Of a stretch of 64,000 nucleotides of DNA, positions 48,662 through 58,925 are shown in pieces; the stretch's first letter is position 1, and each line of letters starts with the position of its first letter. The notes beneath the pieces are model-generated. The model ran no database searches. It had not been told where the DNA came from and worked only from the letters and a program-made list of their open reading frames with translations. The position numbers and the translations under genes were made by a program. The DNA comes from a virus. Taxonomy: Duplodnaviria > Caudoviricetes. The stretch is taken from IMG/VR virus record IMGVR_UViG_3300031992_000053, positions 1 through 64,000 of that record; one strand, 5' to 3'.

Positions 48662-48816
48662 AAACAAGAGCTAGAAATTTTATAATTGGCAGTGCGATAG
48701 GAATGTTCCTACTACTTTCAATTCTATCATCAGTTACATATGGTAGTTATAAGAGAGAGACAAGGAGATTGAATTTTGACTTTTCAAATTGGGGGGAGGA
48801 GTTTATAGATGAATAA
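48658..48816 (+). CDS. small membrane protein (52 aa)
   Basis: ATGA overlap, one TM helix. Not in track. Confidence 0.5.
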   Translation: MKTRARNFIIGSAIGMFLLLSILSSVTYGSYKRETRRLNFDFSNWGEEFIDE

Positions 48817-49231
48817 TTGTTGGAGTAGAGTAAAGACAGAATATACGAATAAAAAATGGGATTTGGATACTATGAAAATAAAAATTAAAAATCTAGAAAA
48901 AATAATCCCAGTTCATATTGTAGGCATATATCTTTCTATAAATAAGGCGAATGCGAAAAGTGAGTGGGATGCATATTATCTTACTTATTATGAACTAAAA
49001 GATATGTTTCTTAAATATAAAAGGTCATCTTTTGGTAATACTGCTAAAAATATAAAAATTATAAATGAATTAAATTGGGATATATTGGATGAACAACTTA
49101 TTGAAGCAGCGGCAGTAAGACTTTCGTCTAATTTTACTAATACATATATTAACAATTCTATTTATGGGTATTATAATGTTTACGATGGTTATCCGACCAA
49201 TCTAGTAGTGGACTATGATGGAAGATTATAG
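48809..49231 (+). CDS. hypothetical protein
   Basis: 140-aa ORF. Confidence 0.5.
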   Translation: MNNCWSRVKTEYTNKKWDLDTMKIKIKNLEKIIPVHIVGIYLSINKANAKSEWDAYYLTYYELKDMFLKYKRSSFGNTAKNIKIINELNWDILDEQLIEAAAVRLSSNFTNTYINNSIYGYYNVYDGYPTNLVVDYDGRL

Positions 49232-49249
49232 GCTATTAAAAAAAAAGAA

Positions 49250-49822
49250 ATGAAAATAGAAGTTTTATCTCATTATTTATTTGATGAGAAAATGAGGGAT
49301 ATGAATTTGGACGATTCCAATATTGAGAGCACCAACATTGCTTGCATATCAATAATAGGCACTGAAAAATGTTTGAAGTATTACCTTGATGAAGAGTATA
49401 CTAAACATTATTTCAAAAATCATCCAAATGTGTTGAATCTTGATTTCGATGATGTTTCTACAGATGTAGAATATGATGGATATATATTTAGGACAATGAC
49501 AATGGAACAAGCAGAAAATGCCGTTGATTTCATTGAAAGAATAATAGAGTCTTGTCCAAATACTATTTATGTCCATTGTCGAGCTGGATATAGCCGTTCT
49601 AGGGCTGTGGCTGAGTTTATTTACCGCTACTGTGTAGAACATCACATCGAGGTAGAATATGCTGACAGAAACGATTATTCCACGTTTTTAAATCAAGGCG
49701 TATTAAGAAGACTAAACAATGCATATTGGAAGAAACATAAGGAAAATGGTTATGATGAAGAAGGGAAGGGATACCCAGAAGATTTATTAGACCATACTCC
49801 AAGACATGTTGAAGTTGATTAA
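49250..49822 (+). CDS. cysteine-dependent (PTP/dual-specificity) phosphatase
   Basis: LDFDD acid loop and VHCRAGYSRS (HCx5R). Confidence 0.85.
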   Translation: MKIEVLSHYLFDEKMRDMNLDDSNIESTNIACISIIGTEKCLKYYLDEEYTKHYFKNHPNVLNLDFDDVSTDVEYDGYIFRTMTMEQAENAVDFIERIIESCPNTIYVHCRAGYSRSRAVAEFIYRYCVEHHIEVEYADRNDYSTFLNQGVLRRLNNAYWKKHKENGYDEEGKGYPEDLLDHTPRHVEVD

Positions 49823-49838
49823 TGGAAAAAATTAAAAT

Positions 49839-50327
49839 ATGAATAAATATGACGGGATTATAGATGAAGTTCTATATTATAGTGAAAGAAGCGAAAATGG
49901 TAGGTGGATAATTCCAATTGAGGTTGATTGGGATTACACCCTTACCAAATGTTCGAATTGGCAACAAAATGAAATGGTTTTAAACCCAGAGGGATTTGAA
50001 GTCATGAGACGTTGGGTTAAAGACTACAACGTTGGATGGATATTAAATTCAATGCGGCATGACGAAATTTTAAAAGAACCATTAGAAACTCTTGAAAAAG
50101 AGGGGATAAAACTTTATGGTTTAAGAAAGAACCCAATGCAAGATAGAGACGGTAACTCTGTGAGCAAGGCTTTTGCCGTTTTTTCCATTGATGATAGAGG
50201 TATTGGAATCCCGCATAAATGGTTGGATGGGTGCAACAGACCATATGTTGATTGGGTTGAAGTCGATAAAATAATGTCACCGATATTGAAACATATCAGT
50301 GACACCTTAGACAAAATTAAACTATGA
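49839..50327 (+). CDS. HAD-superfamily hydrolase
   Basis: VDWDYTL motif I, S-x-R, K, IDDR motif IV. Confidence 0.7.
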   Translation: MNKYDGIIDEVLYYSERSENGRWIIPIEVDWDYTLTKCSNWQQNEMVLNPEGFEVMRRWVKDYNVGWILNSMRHDEILKEPLETLEKEGIKLYGLRKNPMQDRDGNSVSKAFAVFSIDDRGIGIPHKWLDGCNRPYVDWVEVDKIMSPILKHISDTLDKIKL

Positions 50328-50524
50328 ATGAAAAGTATGTATTAATTAAACCTTACGAATGCCAATATGGCACAATACCAAGTGGTAGTGAAATAATTTG
50401 TTTTAGAGGACAAGTCTGGGTTAATGGTGGTCCTATTCCACCTTCATATAACAGCATATTCTTAGATTTAATAAATAATGATGAATATGTTAGGAAAGTG
50501 AAAATTCAAAAAAATATGTTTTGA
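50324..50524 (+). CDS. small hypothetical protein
   Basis: ATGA overlap. Confidence 0.55.
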   Translation: MNEKYVLIKPYECQYGTIPSGSEIICFRGQVWVNGGPIPPSYNSIFLDLINNDEYVRKVKIQKNMF

Positions 50525-50559
50525 AAAAATAATTTTTTAATTTAATACTATTAATATTT

Positions 50560-50967
50560 ATGAAGACAAAGTTTTATTCAATGTATGCTATCTGTGAAGA
50601 TTCTAATGGAGTTAAGCATACGGTTACTGTAGTTGGTAAATTAGAGCAGACAAGAGAGCGGCAAATGGTTCAAGAGATTGTTCCAGTAGAGGTTAAGGAA
50701 GGGTCATTTGTGGATGGTGTGCTGACTTATCCATCAAATAAACTTCTTAGCAGAAAACTGACATTGGGTATGTCAATTTGTCACCCACATGACATATTTG
50801 ATGAAAATGTTGGCATTGAGATTGCTAAAAAGAGGATTGAAAATGGAGAGTCCATTGGTTCTCTTGAGACATCTGATGTCACAATGCTAACAGAGGATGC
50901 AATTATGGGTGAAATATTGGTTAAGCTAGCGTATATAACATCCAATATAGAGGAATATCTTCCTTAA
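50560..50967 (+). CDS. hypothetical phage protein
   Basis: GMSICHPHD.FD...G.EIA.KR pattern seen in small phage proteins. Confidence 0.55.
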   Translation: MKTKFYSMYAICEDSNGVKHTVTVVGKLEQTRERQMVQEIVPVEVKEGSFVDGVLTYPSNKLLSRKLTLGMSICHPHDIFDENVGIEIAKKRIENGESIGSLETSDVTMLTEDAIMGEILVKLAYITSNIEEYLP

Positions 50968-50994
50968 AGAATACAATTGCGTTAAAAATATATA

Positions 50995-51044
50995 AAAAGT
51001 TGGGATAACATTTGGTTATTCCAATTTTTTTACGTATCTTTGCA
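50995..51044 (+). promoter_or_regulatory. fused terminator / sigmaA-type promoter
   Basis: AAAAGTTGGGATAAC-atttg-GTTATTCCAATTTTT, TTTG 51011-14, 20-nt spacer, TATCTTTG 51035-42. Confidence 0.8.
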
Positions 51045-51094
51045 TAGAATTTTAAGAGTGCCATTTAGTGCTAAATTTTGAAGTTTGATTTGTT

Positions 51095-51379
51095 ATGAAA
51101 ACAGCAAGAGATTTAAGATTAAGGGACAAAGTGTATTTTTATAATAATGATGGGAAATACATTTGTAGTAGAACTGTTAAAGAGTATGGCTTGATGGGAA
51201 ACCCTAAAGATGTATTGTATTTCCATTTTGGGTTTGATAAAAATGGCAAAACCATCAATGCTCATCCAAAATTTACAGACACATATTCAAAAGTGGTTAG
51301 TTATCCCACAGTAAAAACGCATGATAATGAGATTATCTTTTTCTCAAAAGAAGCTGCAATTGAATTTTTTAAAAAATAA
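51095..51379 (+). CDS. hypothetical protein
   Basis: 94-aa ORF. Confidence 0.55.
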   Translation: MKTARDLRLRDKVYFYNNDGKYICSRTVKEYGLMGNPKDVLYFHFGFDKNGKTINAHPKFTDTYSKVVSYPTVKTHDNEIIFFSKEAAIEFFKK

Positions 51380-51384
51380 ATAGT

Positions 51385-51401
51385 TTGGCACGATATTTGC
51401 T
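51385..51401 (+). promoter_or_regulatory. sigma54 (-24/-12) type promoter
   Basis: TTGGCACGATATTTGCT matches YTGGCAC-N5-TTGCW exactly. Confidence 0.65.
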
Positions 51402-51406
51402 TAAAT

Positions 51407-51667
51407 ATGGGTGTAAAAGAAATGTATCTCTGTGATGGCGAAATAGTAGGTTCTAAATATTTGCTTACCGTCCATGAAGATGGGTTTTTGAGGTTAAAAT
51501 GGTATTATGATGACATATCAAAAACACAAGTAAACCCAATCATGGTTAAGGTAGGAAATAAAATGATGGTTGAATATGGAGACCCTAATTTATTTCATAT
51601 TAAAATAAGATTACCTTTTACAGATGAAAACGGCAAATTAGAGCCGAAATGGACTAAAATAAAATAA
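51407..51667 (+). CDS. hypothetical protein
   Basis: 86-aa ORF (alternative ATG at 51422). Confidence 0.5.
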   Translation: MGVKEMYLCDGEIVGSKYLLTVHEDGFLRLKWYYDDISKTQVNPIMVKVGNKMMVEYGDPNLFHIKIRLPFTDENGKLEPKWTKIK

Positions 51668-51689
51668 TTAGAAATATAAAATAAGATTT

Positions 51690-53585
51690 ATGGGAAAAGT
51701 TATTGGAATTGACCTCGGAACTTCAACATCATGTGTTAGTGTTTTTGAAGGAGGACAGCCTACTGTTATTGTGAACAGTGAGGGTAATCGTACAACCCCA
51801 TCTGTTGTAGGTTTTGTAAATGGTGAACGTAAGGTTGGTGATGCAGCACGTAGACAAGCAATCACTAATCCAACTAATACCGTATACGCAATCAAGCGTT
51901 TTATGGGTATCACATTCGATAAGGCTTCAAAAGAGGCTGACCGTGTGACTTACAAGGTCGTTAACGATGGTGGTTATCCTCGTGTAGATATTGAGGGTCG
52001 TAAGTACACTCCACAAGAGATTTCTGCAACCATTCTTCAGAAAATGAAGAAGACCGCAGAGGATTATTTGGGTACAGAGGTAAAGGATGCTGTTATCACG
52101 GTTCCAGCTTATTTTGATGATAGTCAGCGTAAGGCAACCATCGAGGCTGGTGAGATTGCAGGACTTAATGTTCTTCGTATTATCAATGAGCCTACAGCAG
52201 CAGCACTCGCTTATGGTGTAGACAAGGCTAATAAGGACATGAATATCGTTGTCTACGATATTGGTGGTGGTACGTCAGACGTATCTATTCTTAACTTTGG
52301 CGGTGGAGTGTTTGAGGTGATTTCTACCAATGGCGATTCACATCTTGGAGGTGAGGACTTTGACCAAGTTATTATAGATTACCTCGTTGAACAGTTTAAG
52401 AATCAAGAGGGTGTTGATGTGTCTAGCGATGCAATGGCAATGCAGCGTTTGAAGGAAGCTGCTGAAAAGGCTAAGATTGAACTTTCTACTGCAACTTCAA
52501 CAGACATCAATCTGCCTTATCTTGCTCCAGTGAATGGTGTTCCAAAGCACTTGAATCTGACGCTTACTCGTGCTAAGTTTGAGCAGTTGAGCGATAAGTT
52601 GTATACTAAGTTGGTTAACCTTTGTAAGGAAGCGTTGAGGCTTTCAAAACTTGAGACAAAGGATATTGATGAGGTAATCCTTGTAGGTGGTTCTACTCGT
52701 ATTCCAAAGGTTGTAGAGGCTGCTAAAAGTGTATTTGGCAAAGACCCATCTAAGGCAGTAAACCCAGATGAGGCTGTGTCATTGGGTGCATCAATTCAAG
52801 GTGCAGTCCTTAACAAGGAAGATGGTGTTGGTGACATTGTTCTTCTTGATGTTACTCCACTTAACCTTGGTATTGAGACGCTTGGTGGCGTTATGACAAC
52901 CCTTATTGAGGCTAATACTACAATTCCTTGCGATAAGGAGGAAGTATTCTCAACTGCTGCTGATAATCAGACTGAGGTTACGATTAACCTTCTTCAAGGT
53001 AATCGCCCAATGGCTAGTCAGAATAAGAGCATTGGTAGGTTTAATCTTACTGGTATACTTCCCGCAAAGCGTGGTATTCCTCAGATTGCTGTGAAGATTA
53101 GCATTAACGCTAATGGTGTTATTGAGGTCAGCGCAACCGATAAGGGTACTGGTAAAGCACAGTCTATCCGTGTGGAGGGTTCTAGCAGTCTTTCTAAGGA
53201 AGAGATTGAGCGCATGAAAGCAGAGGCAGAGGCTAATGCTGATGCAGACAAGAAAGAGCGTGAAATTGCAGATGCTGTAAACAAGGGTGACAATATTGTT
53301 TTCTCACAAGAGAAGATGATTGAGGAACAGAAGGATAATATCACCTCAGATGAGAAGACCAAACTTGAGGGTTTGGTTAGCGAAATGAAACAAGCTGTTA
53401 AGGATAAGAATGTTGAGAAAATCAACGAGATTGAAGGTACTATCAATAACGTTTGGAATGAGATTTCTCAGCGAATTTATGCAAACAATCAGAATCAGTC
53501 AACTGCACAGCAGCCATCTGATGAAGAGGTGGCAGAACAGCCTAATGACGTTCAAGATGCAGAATTTGAGGAAGTTAAAAGCTAA
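51690..53585 (+). CDS. dnaK: Hsp70 chaperone DnaK
   Basis: [52 protein letters not shown]-terminal DAEFEEVK. Confidence 0.98.
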   Translation: MGKVIGIDLGTSTSCVSVFEGGQPTVIVNSEGNRTTPSVVGFVNGERKVGDAARRQAITNPTNTVYAIKRFMGITFDKASKEADRVTYKVVNDGGYPRVDIEGRKYTPQEISATILQKMKKTAEDYLGTEVKDAVITVPAYFDDSQRKATIEAGEIAGLNVLRIINEPTAAALAYGVDKANKDMNIVVYDIGGGTSDVSILNFGGGVFEVISTNGDSHLGGEDFDQVIIDYLVEQFKNQEGVDVSSDAMAMQRLKEAAEKAKIELSTATSTDINLPYLAPVNGVPKHLNLTLTRAKFEQLSDKLYTKLVNLCKEALRLSKLETKDIDEVILVGGSTRIPKVVEAAKSVFGKDPSKAVNPDEAVSLGASIQGAVLNKEDGVGDIVLLDVTPLNLGIETLGGVMTTLIEANTTIPCDKEEVFSTAADNQTEVTINLLQGNRPMASQNKSIGRFNLTGILPAKRGIPQIAVKISINANGVIEVSATDKGTGKAQSIRVEGSSSLSKEEIERMKAEAEANADADKKEREIADAVNKGDNIVFSQEKMIEEQKDNITSDEKTKLEGLVSEMKQAVKDKNVEKINEIEGTINNVWNEISQRIYANNQNQSTAQQPSDEEVAEQPNDVQDAEFEEVKS

Positions 53586-53616
53586 CATGACTTGGCAAGG
53601 CTGAATTATAATTGCA

Positions 53617-53655
53617 AATCTGAGGGGCTTCCCAACAAGTCTCTCAGATTTTTTG
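53617..53655 (+). terminator. intrinsic terminator
   Basis: AATCTGAGGGGCTT..AAGTCTCTCAGATTTTTT. Confidence 0.8.
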
Positions 53656-53727
53656 CGTTTTTATTTGTCTTTTTAAAATAAAAATTATATCTTTGCAATA
53701 AATTTATAACTTAGATAAAGAATAACT

Positions 53728-54795
53728 ATGTCTAGAAAGGATTATTATAAAATTCTTGGGGTTAATAAAGATGCTAGTCAAGAAGAGATACGCAAGGCTT
53801 ATAAGAAGTTAGCCTTAAAGTATCATCCAGATAGAAATCCAGGAGATAAGAATGCCGAGGAGAAATTTAAAGAGGCTGCTGAAGCCTATGAAGTTCTTGG
53901 TAATAAAGAGAAGAAAGAAGAGTATGACAACCCACATTCTGAATTTGATTTCAGAACGAGTGGAGGACCAGATTTTGGCGGTATGGGAATGGAAGACATT
54001 CTTCGCCATTTTGGATTCGGAGGAATGGATTTTGACTTTGGCAGTCCTCGCAGAGAGCCTAGAAACGTTAAGGGTACTAACATCAGAATCACATTGAAGT
54101 TAACGTTAGAGGACGCATATAATGGCATAACTAAGAAGATAAAATATAAAAGGTTTGAACCTTGTGACCATTGTGGTGGAAGTGGAAAAACTGACAAAAC
54201 CAAAGAGAAAATATGTAGAACGTGTGGTGGCACTGGATTTATATTTTCTCAAAATGGGTTTATGTCAATGCAGCAAACTTGCCCTACTTGTGGCGGTGTC
54301 GGTAAACAAATAGAAAATCCTTGTCCGCATTGTCAAGGACATGGTATTGTTCAGAAAGTAACTGAAACTGAAATAAAATTAGGTAAAGGTCTACTTGATG
54401 GTATGAGCGTGATAATTGGTGGAAAAGGAAATTTCCCACCTCACGGTAAGGGAACTGTTGGTGATTTAATCGTTCAAATACAGATAGTAGATTATGGAAA
54501 ATATGAAGTTGATGGTAATAACTTGTATTTCCCAATTGAATTGAATGTTATTGATGCTATTCTTGGGTGTGATATTAATGTAAAAGCCGTTGATGGTAGG
54601 GAACTGACAGCGAAAATACCTAATGGAACTAGTGATGGGCATAAACTCAGGTTTAGGGGTTATGGTATTCCTAAGTATGGTACTAATTCATGCGGAGACA
54701 TGATAGGCATCGTTAAAATCAAGATACCTAGTAAAGTTAATGACGAAGAGAAAAAAATTCTTCAAAACCTTAAAGAACACGAAAATTTTAAATAA
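53728..54795 (+). CDS. dnaJ: DnaJ co-chaperone
   Basis: J domain with HPD, G/F-rich linker, four CxxCxGxG repeats. Own sigmaA-type promoter at about 53664-53696. Confidence 0.97.
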   Translation: MSRKDYYKILGVNKDASQEEIRKAYKKLALKYHPDRNPGDKNAEEKFKEAAEAYEVLGNKEKKEEYDNPHSEFDFRTSGGPDFGGMGMEDILRHFGFGGMDFDFGSPRREPRNVKGTNIRITLKLTLEDAYNGITKKIKYKRFEPCDHCGGSGKTDKTKEKICRTCGGTGFIFSQNGFMSMQQTCPTCGGVGKQIENPCPHCQGHGIVQKVTETEIKLGKGLLDGMSVIIGGKGNFPPHGKGTVGDLIVQIQIVDYGKYEVDGNNLYFPIELNVIDAILGCDINVKAVDGRELTAKIPNGTSDGHKLRFRGYGIPKYGTNSCGDMIGIVKIKIPSKVNDEEKKILQNLKEHENFK

Positions 54796-54804
54796 ATTCA
54801 AGAT

Positions 54805-55857
54805 ATGGAAAATAAAGAGCGTAATTATGAACGTTATCTTAAGCAAGGAAACAATTATGAACCAATAGGAGAAACAAAAGACATTTTGCCTAGTGGCTTC
54901 TACAGACCAGTTTATGATAGTTATCATGGCAGAGTATATCTAACTAGTAAAGAGGTTATTATGCCTAGACTTTATGTATTGCCAAATGATATACAAAATG
55001 CTATTTTGGATGATATTCAAATGTTCTGGCAATCAGAAGAAAGGTATAGGAAATTTGGTAATGTTTACAAAAGAAATATACTGTTGTATAGTTTACCAGG
55101 AAATGGTAAAACATCATTAATTAACATTATCGCTAATAAACTTATTACTGACTATGATGGTATTGTAATCTTCATTGATAGTGTTGAGGATTTGTCATCA
55201 TATAGGGTAGTAATGGAGAGATTTAGAAGCGTAGAACCTAATAGGAAAGTTGTTACAATTATAGAGGATTTTGAGCGTCTTGCGAAGGATGACAGATTGA
55301 CCGCAATGTTGCTTCAAACTCTTGATGGTAATGGACAATTCGATAACGTGGTTACTATCGCAACGACTAATTATCCAGAGATTCTAGAAAAACGGTTTAC
55401 GTGTAGACCTAGCCGTTTCAATATGGTTATCGAGTACAAAAAACCAAACGCTGAAATAAGGAAATCGTATATAGAAATGAAACTATCTGACAGTGGAATT
55501 GATATTAACGAAGAATCTGTAAAGGCTGACATAGAGAGATATGTTTCAAAAACTGAAGGGTATACATTTGATTTTTTGAAAGAAGTTATTCAAGGTATAT
55601 ACGTAGATGGTATCAGCGAAGTCGGAGTGTTTGATAGACTTGAAGACCTTATCAAAAAAAACGGTAAAATTAGGGTTAGTGAGGACGAGGCTAAACGTGT
55701 TGGTTTCTCTACAGAAGACTCAGAGAATTATACTGTAGGCGGTAATGTTCAGAAAGAAGCTGAAGCTAGCATGGATGAACCATGTTATAATCCAGATGTT
55801 GTAGAAGCCACTGAGCCATTAAACAAACGAATTAAAGTGATAAAAGGGTTTGGGTAA
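54805..55857 (+). CDS. AAA+ ATPase
   Basis: ILLYSLPGNGKTS, IIEDFE, LLQTLDG, ATTNYPE, RPSRF. Confidence 0.85.
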   Translation: MENKERNYERYLKQGNNYEPIGETKDILPSGFYRPVYDSYHGRVYLTSKEVIMPRLYVLPNDIQNAILDDIQMFWQSEERYRKFGNVYKRNILLYSLPGNGKTSLINIIANKLITDYDGIVIFIDSVEDLSSYRVVMERFRSVEPNRKVVTIIEDFERLAKDDRLTAMLLQTLDGNGQFDNVVTIATTNYPEILEKRFTCRPSRFNMVIEYKKPNAEIRKSYIEMKLSDSGIDINEESVKADIERYVSKTEGYTFDFLKEVIQGIYVDGISEVGVFDRLEDLIKKNGKIRVSEDEAKRVGFSTEDSENYTVGGNVQKEAEASMDEPCYNPDVVEATEPLNKRIKVIKGFG

Positions 55858-56465
55858 TGGTTAAAATCATTAAAGATGTTGATATATATGACCATTTCAA
55901 CGAATATGACGTAATATTAATTGGTACTAATCTTTATTGTACTATGTCTCAAGGCGTTCAATTGAAAGTAATGCTGAATTATCCATATGTTTTCAATAAA
56001 AACTTAGAGACGAAATATGGAGATAAGGATAAACTAGGAACTATTATAGAATGTACATCTGATAATGAGCCTACTTTTTGTTTATGCTTTATAACAGAAG
56101 GATATAACTTTAGACCAGATAAACAAAAGGATTACCTTTCATATGAAGCATTAGAAAATGTTCTGAAACTAGTCAACATAAGATATAAGGGGAAAAATAT
56201 TGCTTGCCCTTTACTTGGCTCTAGTAGGTTTGACGGAAACGGAGATAAAGATAAAATACTAGATATATTTAACAATTGTCTCAAAGATGTTAAATGTACC
56301 GTTTTTGACTATTTCCAGAAGTCTAGAGACGAAGAAACTTTAGAGGTGATGAGAAAAGAATTGGAAATGAGAGACAAAGACAAAGAAGAATATAGTAGGA
56401 TGGTTAAGGAACGTAAGAGAAAAGCAGAAGAAAGATTTAGGAAAAATGGACATAGAAGATACTAA
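55857..56465 (+). CDS. macrodomain-like protein
   Basis: DI....DVILIGTN..CTMSQG, LGT, YEALENVL, IACPLLGS..GNGD pattern (degenerate). Confidence 0.55.
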   Translation: MVKIIKDVDIYDHFNEYDVILIGTNLYCTMSQGVQLKVMLNYPYVFNKNLETKYGDKDKLGTIIECTSDNEPTFCLCFITEGYNFRPDKQKDYLSYEALENVLKLVNIRYKGKNIACPLLGSSRFDGNGDKDKILDIFNNCLKDVKCTVFDYFQKSRDEETLEVMRKELEMRDKDKEEYSRMVKERKRKAEERFRKNGHRRY

Positions 56466-56490
56466 TTGATAGAATAAAGAATTTAAAAAT

Positions 56491-56862
56491 ATGATATTAC
56501 ATTTGAATCTAACTGAAGACCACTTAAAACTAGTGAGGTTTTTAAATGTGGAAGACAAAGACGATGATTTTCTTAAAATCAATAAGAAAGTCATGTTAAC
56601 AATGCAAACACATATCTTGGATGATATTGCAATGATTCTTGGCTTGAGGGATAAAGCCATTAAGGGAACGGAGGAAGACGCTGATGGCGCAGCATATCCA
56701 GATGATGTGGAAAAATATATGCTTGACACATATCACTATGTATCAGACAATCTGTATTTGATAGAAACTTTATTGCACCAACATGTGTTTGATGGGGTAA
56801 AACCCACTCATTATCGTGCGAAGGATTCTGATTTAGTATGGGAAGAAGTGAAAGATGAATAA
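56491..56862 (+). CDS. hypothetical protein
   Basis: 123-aa ORF. Confidence 0.55.
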   Translation: MILHLNLTEDHLKLVRFLNVEDKDDDFLKINKKVMLTMQTHILDDIAMILGLRDKAIKGTEEDADGAAYPDDVEKYMLDTYHYVSDNLYLIETLLHQHVFDGVKPTHYRAKDSDLVWEEVKDE

Positions 56863-57208
56863 ATTAGGAAAATTTAACAAAAAAAATTTTGCCAAGTCGA
56901 AGAAAATTCGTACATTTGCATCCGATGACGATGAGCCAACAGCATTGGCAGTCGATAGTGGGAAACCTATTCCGACACTAACTGGGGAATCGGCACGTAT
57001 ATTTCTTGAACGTGCTGAAAAAGTGGAGGAAGAGGCTAAAAGGCGTATGAATGAGTCTCCTACTTTGGAGTACCTAAAGCGTGAACTCACGTTTCAGAAG
57101 TTTTTTCTTGAGACAGAAGAAAAACAAATTCAAGAACGAAAAGACAAAATTAAAAAAATAGAAGACAAAATAAAAGAATTAGAACAAAATTCAAATGGCA
57201 AAAGCTAA
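56855..57208 (+). CDS. hypothetical coiled-coil protein (true start possibly TTG 56945)
   Basis: The 5' part contains a TTTG-N19-TACATTTG promoter (about 56888-56918). Confidence 0.5.
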   Translation: MNKLGKFNKKNFAKSKKIRTFASDDDEPTALAVDSGKPIPTLTGESARIFLERAEKVEEEAKRRMNESPTLEYLKRELTFQKFFLETEEKQIQERKDKIKKIEDKIKELEQNSNGKS

Positions 57209-57719
57209 GAAAAACGATTTTTCTTCAAAGTTTCGTGTGAATGACGAAATCAGAGTTATTGGCAATGTAAGAATTGTTGGAGAAGGTATTAAGAGTGAGG
57301 TAGTTCCAATATCTAAAGCTCGTAAAATCGCTGAAGATATGGAACTTGACCTTGTTGAGTTGCAAGGCAAGTCGGATGTTCCAATTGTTAGGGTTTGCAG
57401 TTATGAGAAAATGATTTATGAGTTGAAAAAGGCCGCTAAGAAGAATAAGCAGCCGAAGCCTTTGAAGGAGATACAACTCAGTGTAAATATTGCAAAACAC
57501 GATTTGGAAACTAAAGTCAACAATGCTAAAAAATTCATTGAAGACGGAAGTAGGGTTAGAGTTACCCTTTCAATGAAAGGAAGAGAACTTGCTAGAAGAG
57601 AGGACAATAAAAAATCAATTCTAGAGTTCATAGTTATGATGGATGAAGTTGCAACTCCTGAGTCAGCGCCAAAAGATGAGGGAAATAAAACAACTGTAAT
57701 CTTGAAAAAAAAGGCGTAA
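57195..57719 (+). CDS. infC: translation initiation factor IF-3
   Basis: RVNDEIR, ELDLVE, LKEIQLS.NIAKHDLETK, KFIEDG, KGRE. Confidence 0.93.
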   Translation: MAKAKKNDFSSKFRVNDEIRVIGNVRIVGEGIKSEVVPISKARKIAEDMELDLVELQGKSDVPIVRVCSYEKMIYELKKAAKKNKQPKPLKEIQLSVNIAKHDLETKVNNAKKFIEDGSRVRVTLSMKGRELARREDNKKSILEFIVMMDEVATPESAPKDEGNKTTVILKKKA

Positions 57720-57747
57720 ATTGTTAAATAATAAAACACTAAAATAA

Positions 57748-58701
57748 ATGGGATTTGTTATAAATCTAAAAGCAGAAACAGGTCTTGTAGACCGCTCAGA
57801 AAACACTACAAGGTATTACAAAGACATAAAAGATTATAAAGCTTTCACGAAAGAAGAGGAAATTGAATGGTTTACTAAATTAAAAGAAGCAAGGGAGAAA
57901 AAGTTAAGACTAGAGAAGTCTAGTAATAAACAAGAATATTTTAAAGCTTGTCGTGACTATGATTCCATTAAAAATCACATCATTTTGTGTAACCAAAGGT
58001 TAGTAATTGCAGCAGCTAAGAATTACTCTACCACTGATACGCTTACAGATTATATCAACGAAGTTAATTTTGGGCTTATTGAAGCAATTGATAAGTATGA
58101 TGTAACTAAAGGGGTTAAGTTTGCAAGTTATGCAATGTGGTACATTATCCGTGCCATTAATGTCTATAGATATGGTGATGCTGAGTTGGTTAAAAAAAGC
58201 AATCTGTATAAAACATTTCACGTTATCTCTAAAGCAAAAAACAAGTTTATGCAAAAGTTTGAGCGTGAACCCACTACTGATGAGTTGCTAGAAATCGTCA
58301 ATAACGTATATGGAAAAGATATTAGGGATAAAAATGATTTGCTAGACATAAATTATTCAAGCATTGATACGGATTCATCTGATGATGAAGATAATTACAC
58401 TGGTGGTGATGTAGTAGCATATAATAAAAAAAGTGCTGCAATTAATGGTTGCGAAAATGTTATTTCTAACGATTTCAATTCAGCTTTAATTTCGTCACTA
58501 TTGGATGTTTTGCCACCAAGGGAAAAACAAATTATACAGATGAGGTTTGGTTTGTATGATGATAATGGGCTTAGACGTGAGTATGAACTCAATGAGATTG
58601 GGGATGTTATAGGTCTTACGTCTGAAAGAGTTAGACAATTAGAGCTAAAAGCAATGAAAACTCTTAAAGAAGAATACCAAAATAGAATTAAAGATTTTTA
58701 A
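57748..58701 (+). CDS. second sigma70-family sigma factor (RpoD/RpoS-like)
   Basis: NQRLVIAAAKNY, GLIEAIDKYD, KFASYAMWYI, REPTTDEL (region 3), LTSERVRQ. Confidence 0.92.
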   Translation: MGFVINLKAETGLVDRSENTTRYYKDIKDYKAFTKEEEIEWFTKLKEAREKKLRLEKSSNKQEYFKACRDYDSIKNHIILCNQRLVIAAAKNYSTTDTLTDYINEVNFGLIEAIDKYDVTKGVKFASYAMWYIIRAINVYRYGDAELVKKSNLYKTFHVISKAKNKFMQKFEREPTTDELLEIVNNVYGKDIRDKNDLLDINYSSIDTDSSDDEDNYTGGDVVAYNKKSAAINGCENVISNDFNSALISSLLDVLPPREKQIIQMRFGLYDDNGLRREYELNEIGDVIGLTSERVRQLELKAMKTLKEEYQNRIKDF

Positions 58702-58894
58702 AAAAATAAAGAGAAGCGCATTTAACCATTAATTAAAAAATGATACAAGTAAGCAAACCAAGGTGGAAGAATAAAGAATGGACATTTAACATAATTCCAT
58801 ACTTTTCGATAACAAAAATATCCAATTTAGTGCTTGCAATTAATGTTGGATGGCTATTTTGGGGGATAACAATTAGTAATGATTTTTAAAAAAA

Positions 58895-58925
58895 TAAAGG
58901 GAAGTGTTTATTCACCTCCCTTTTT
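58895..58925. terminator. bidirectional terminator
   Basis: AAAGGGAAGTG-tttatt-CACCTCCCTTTT. Confidence 0.65.
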
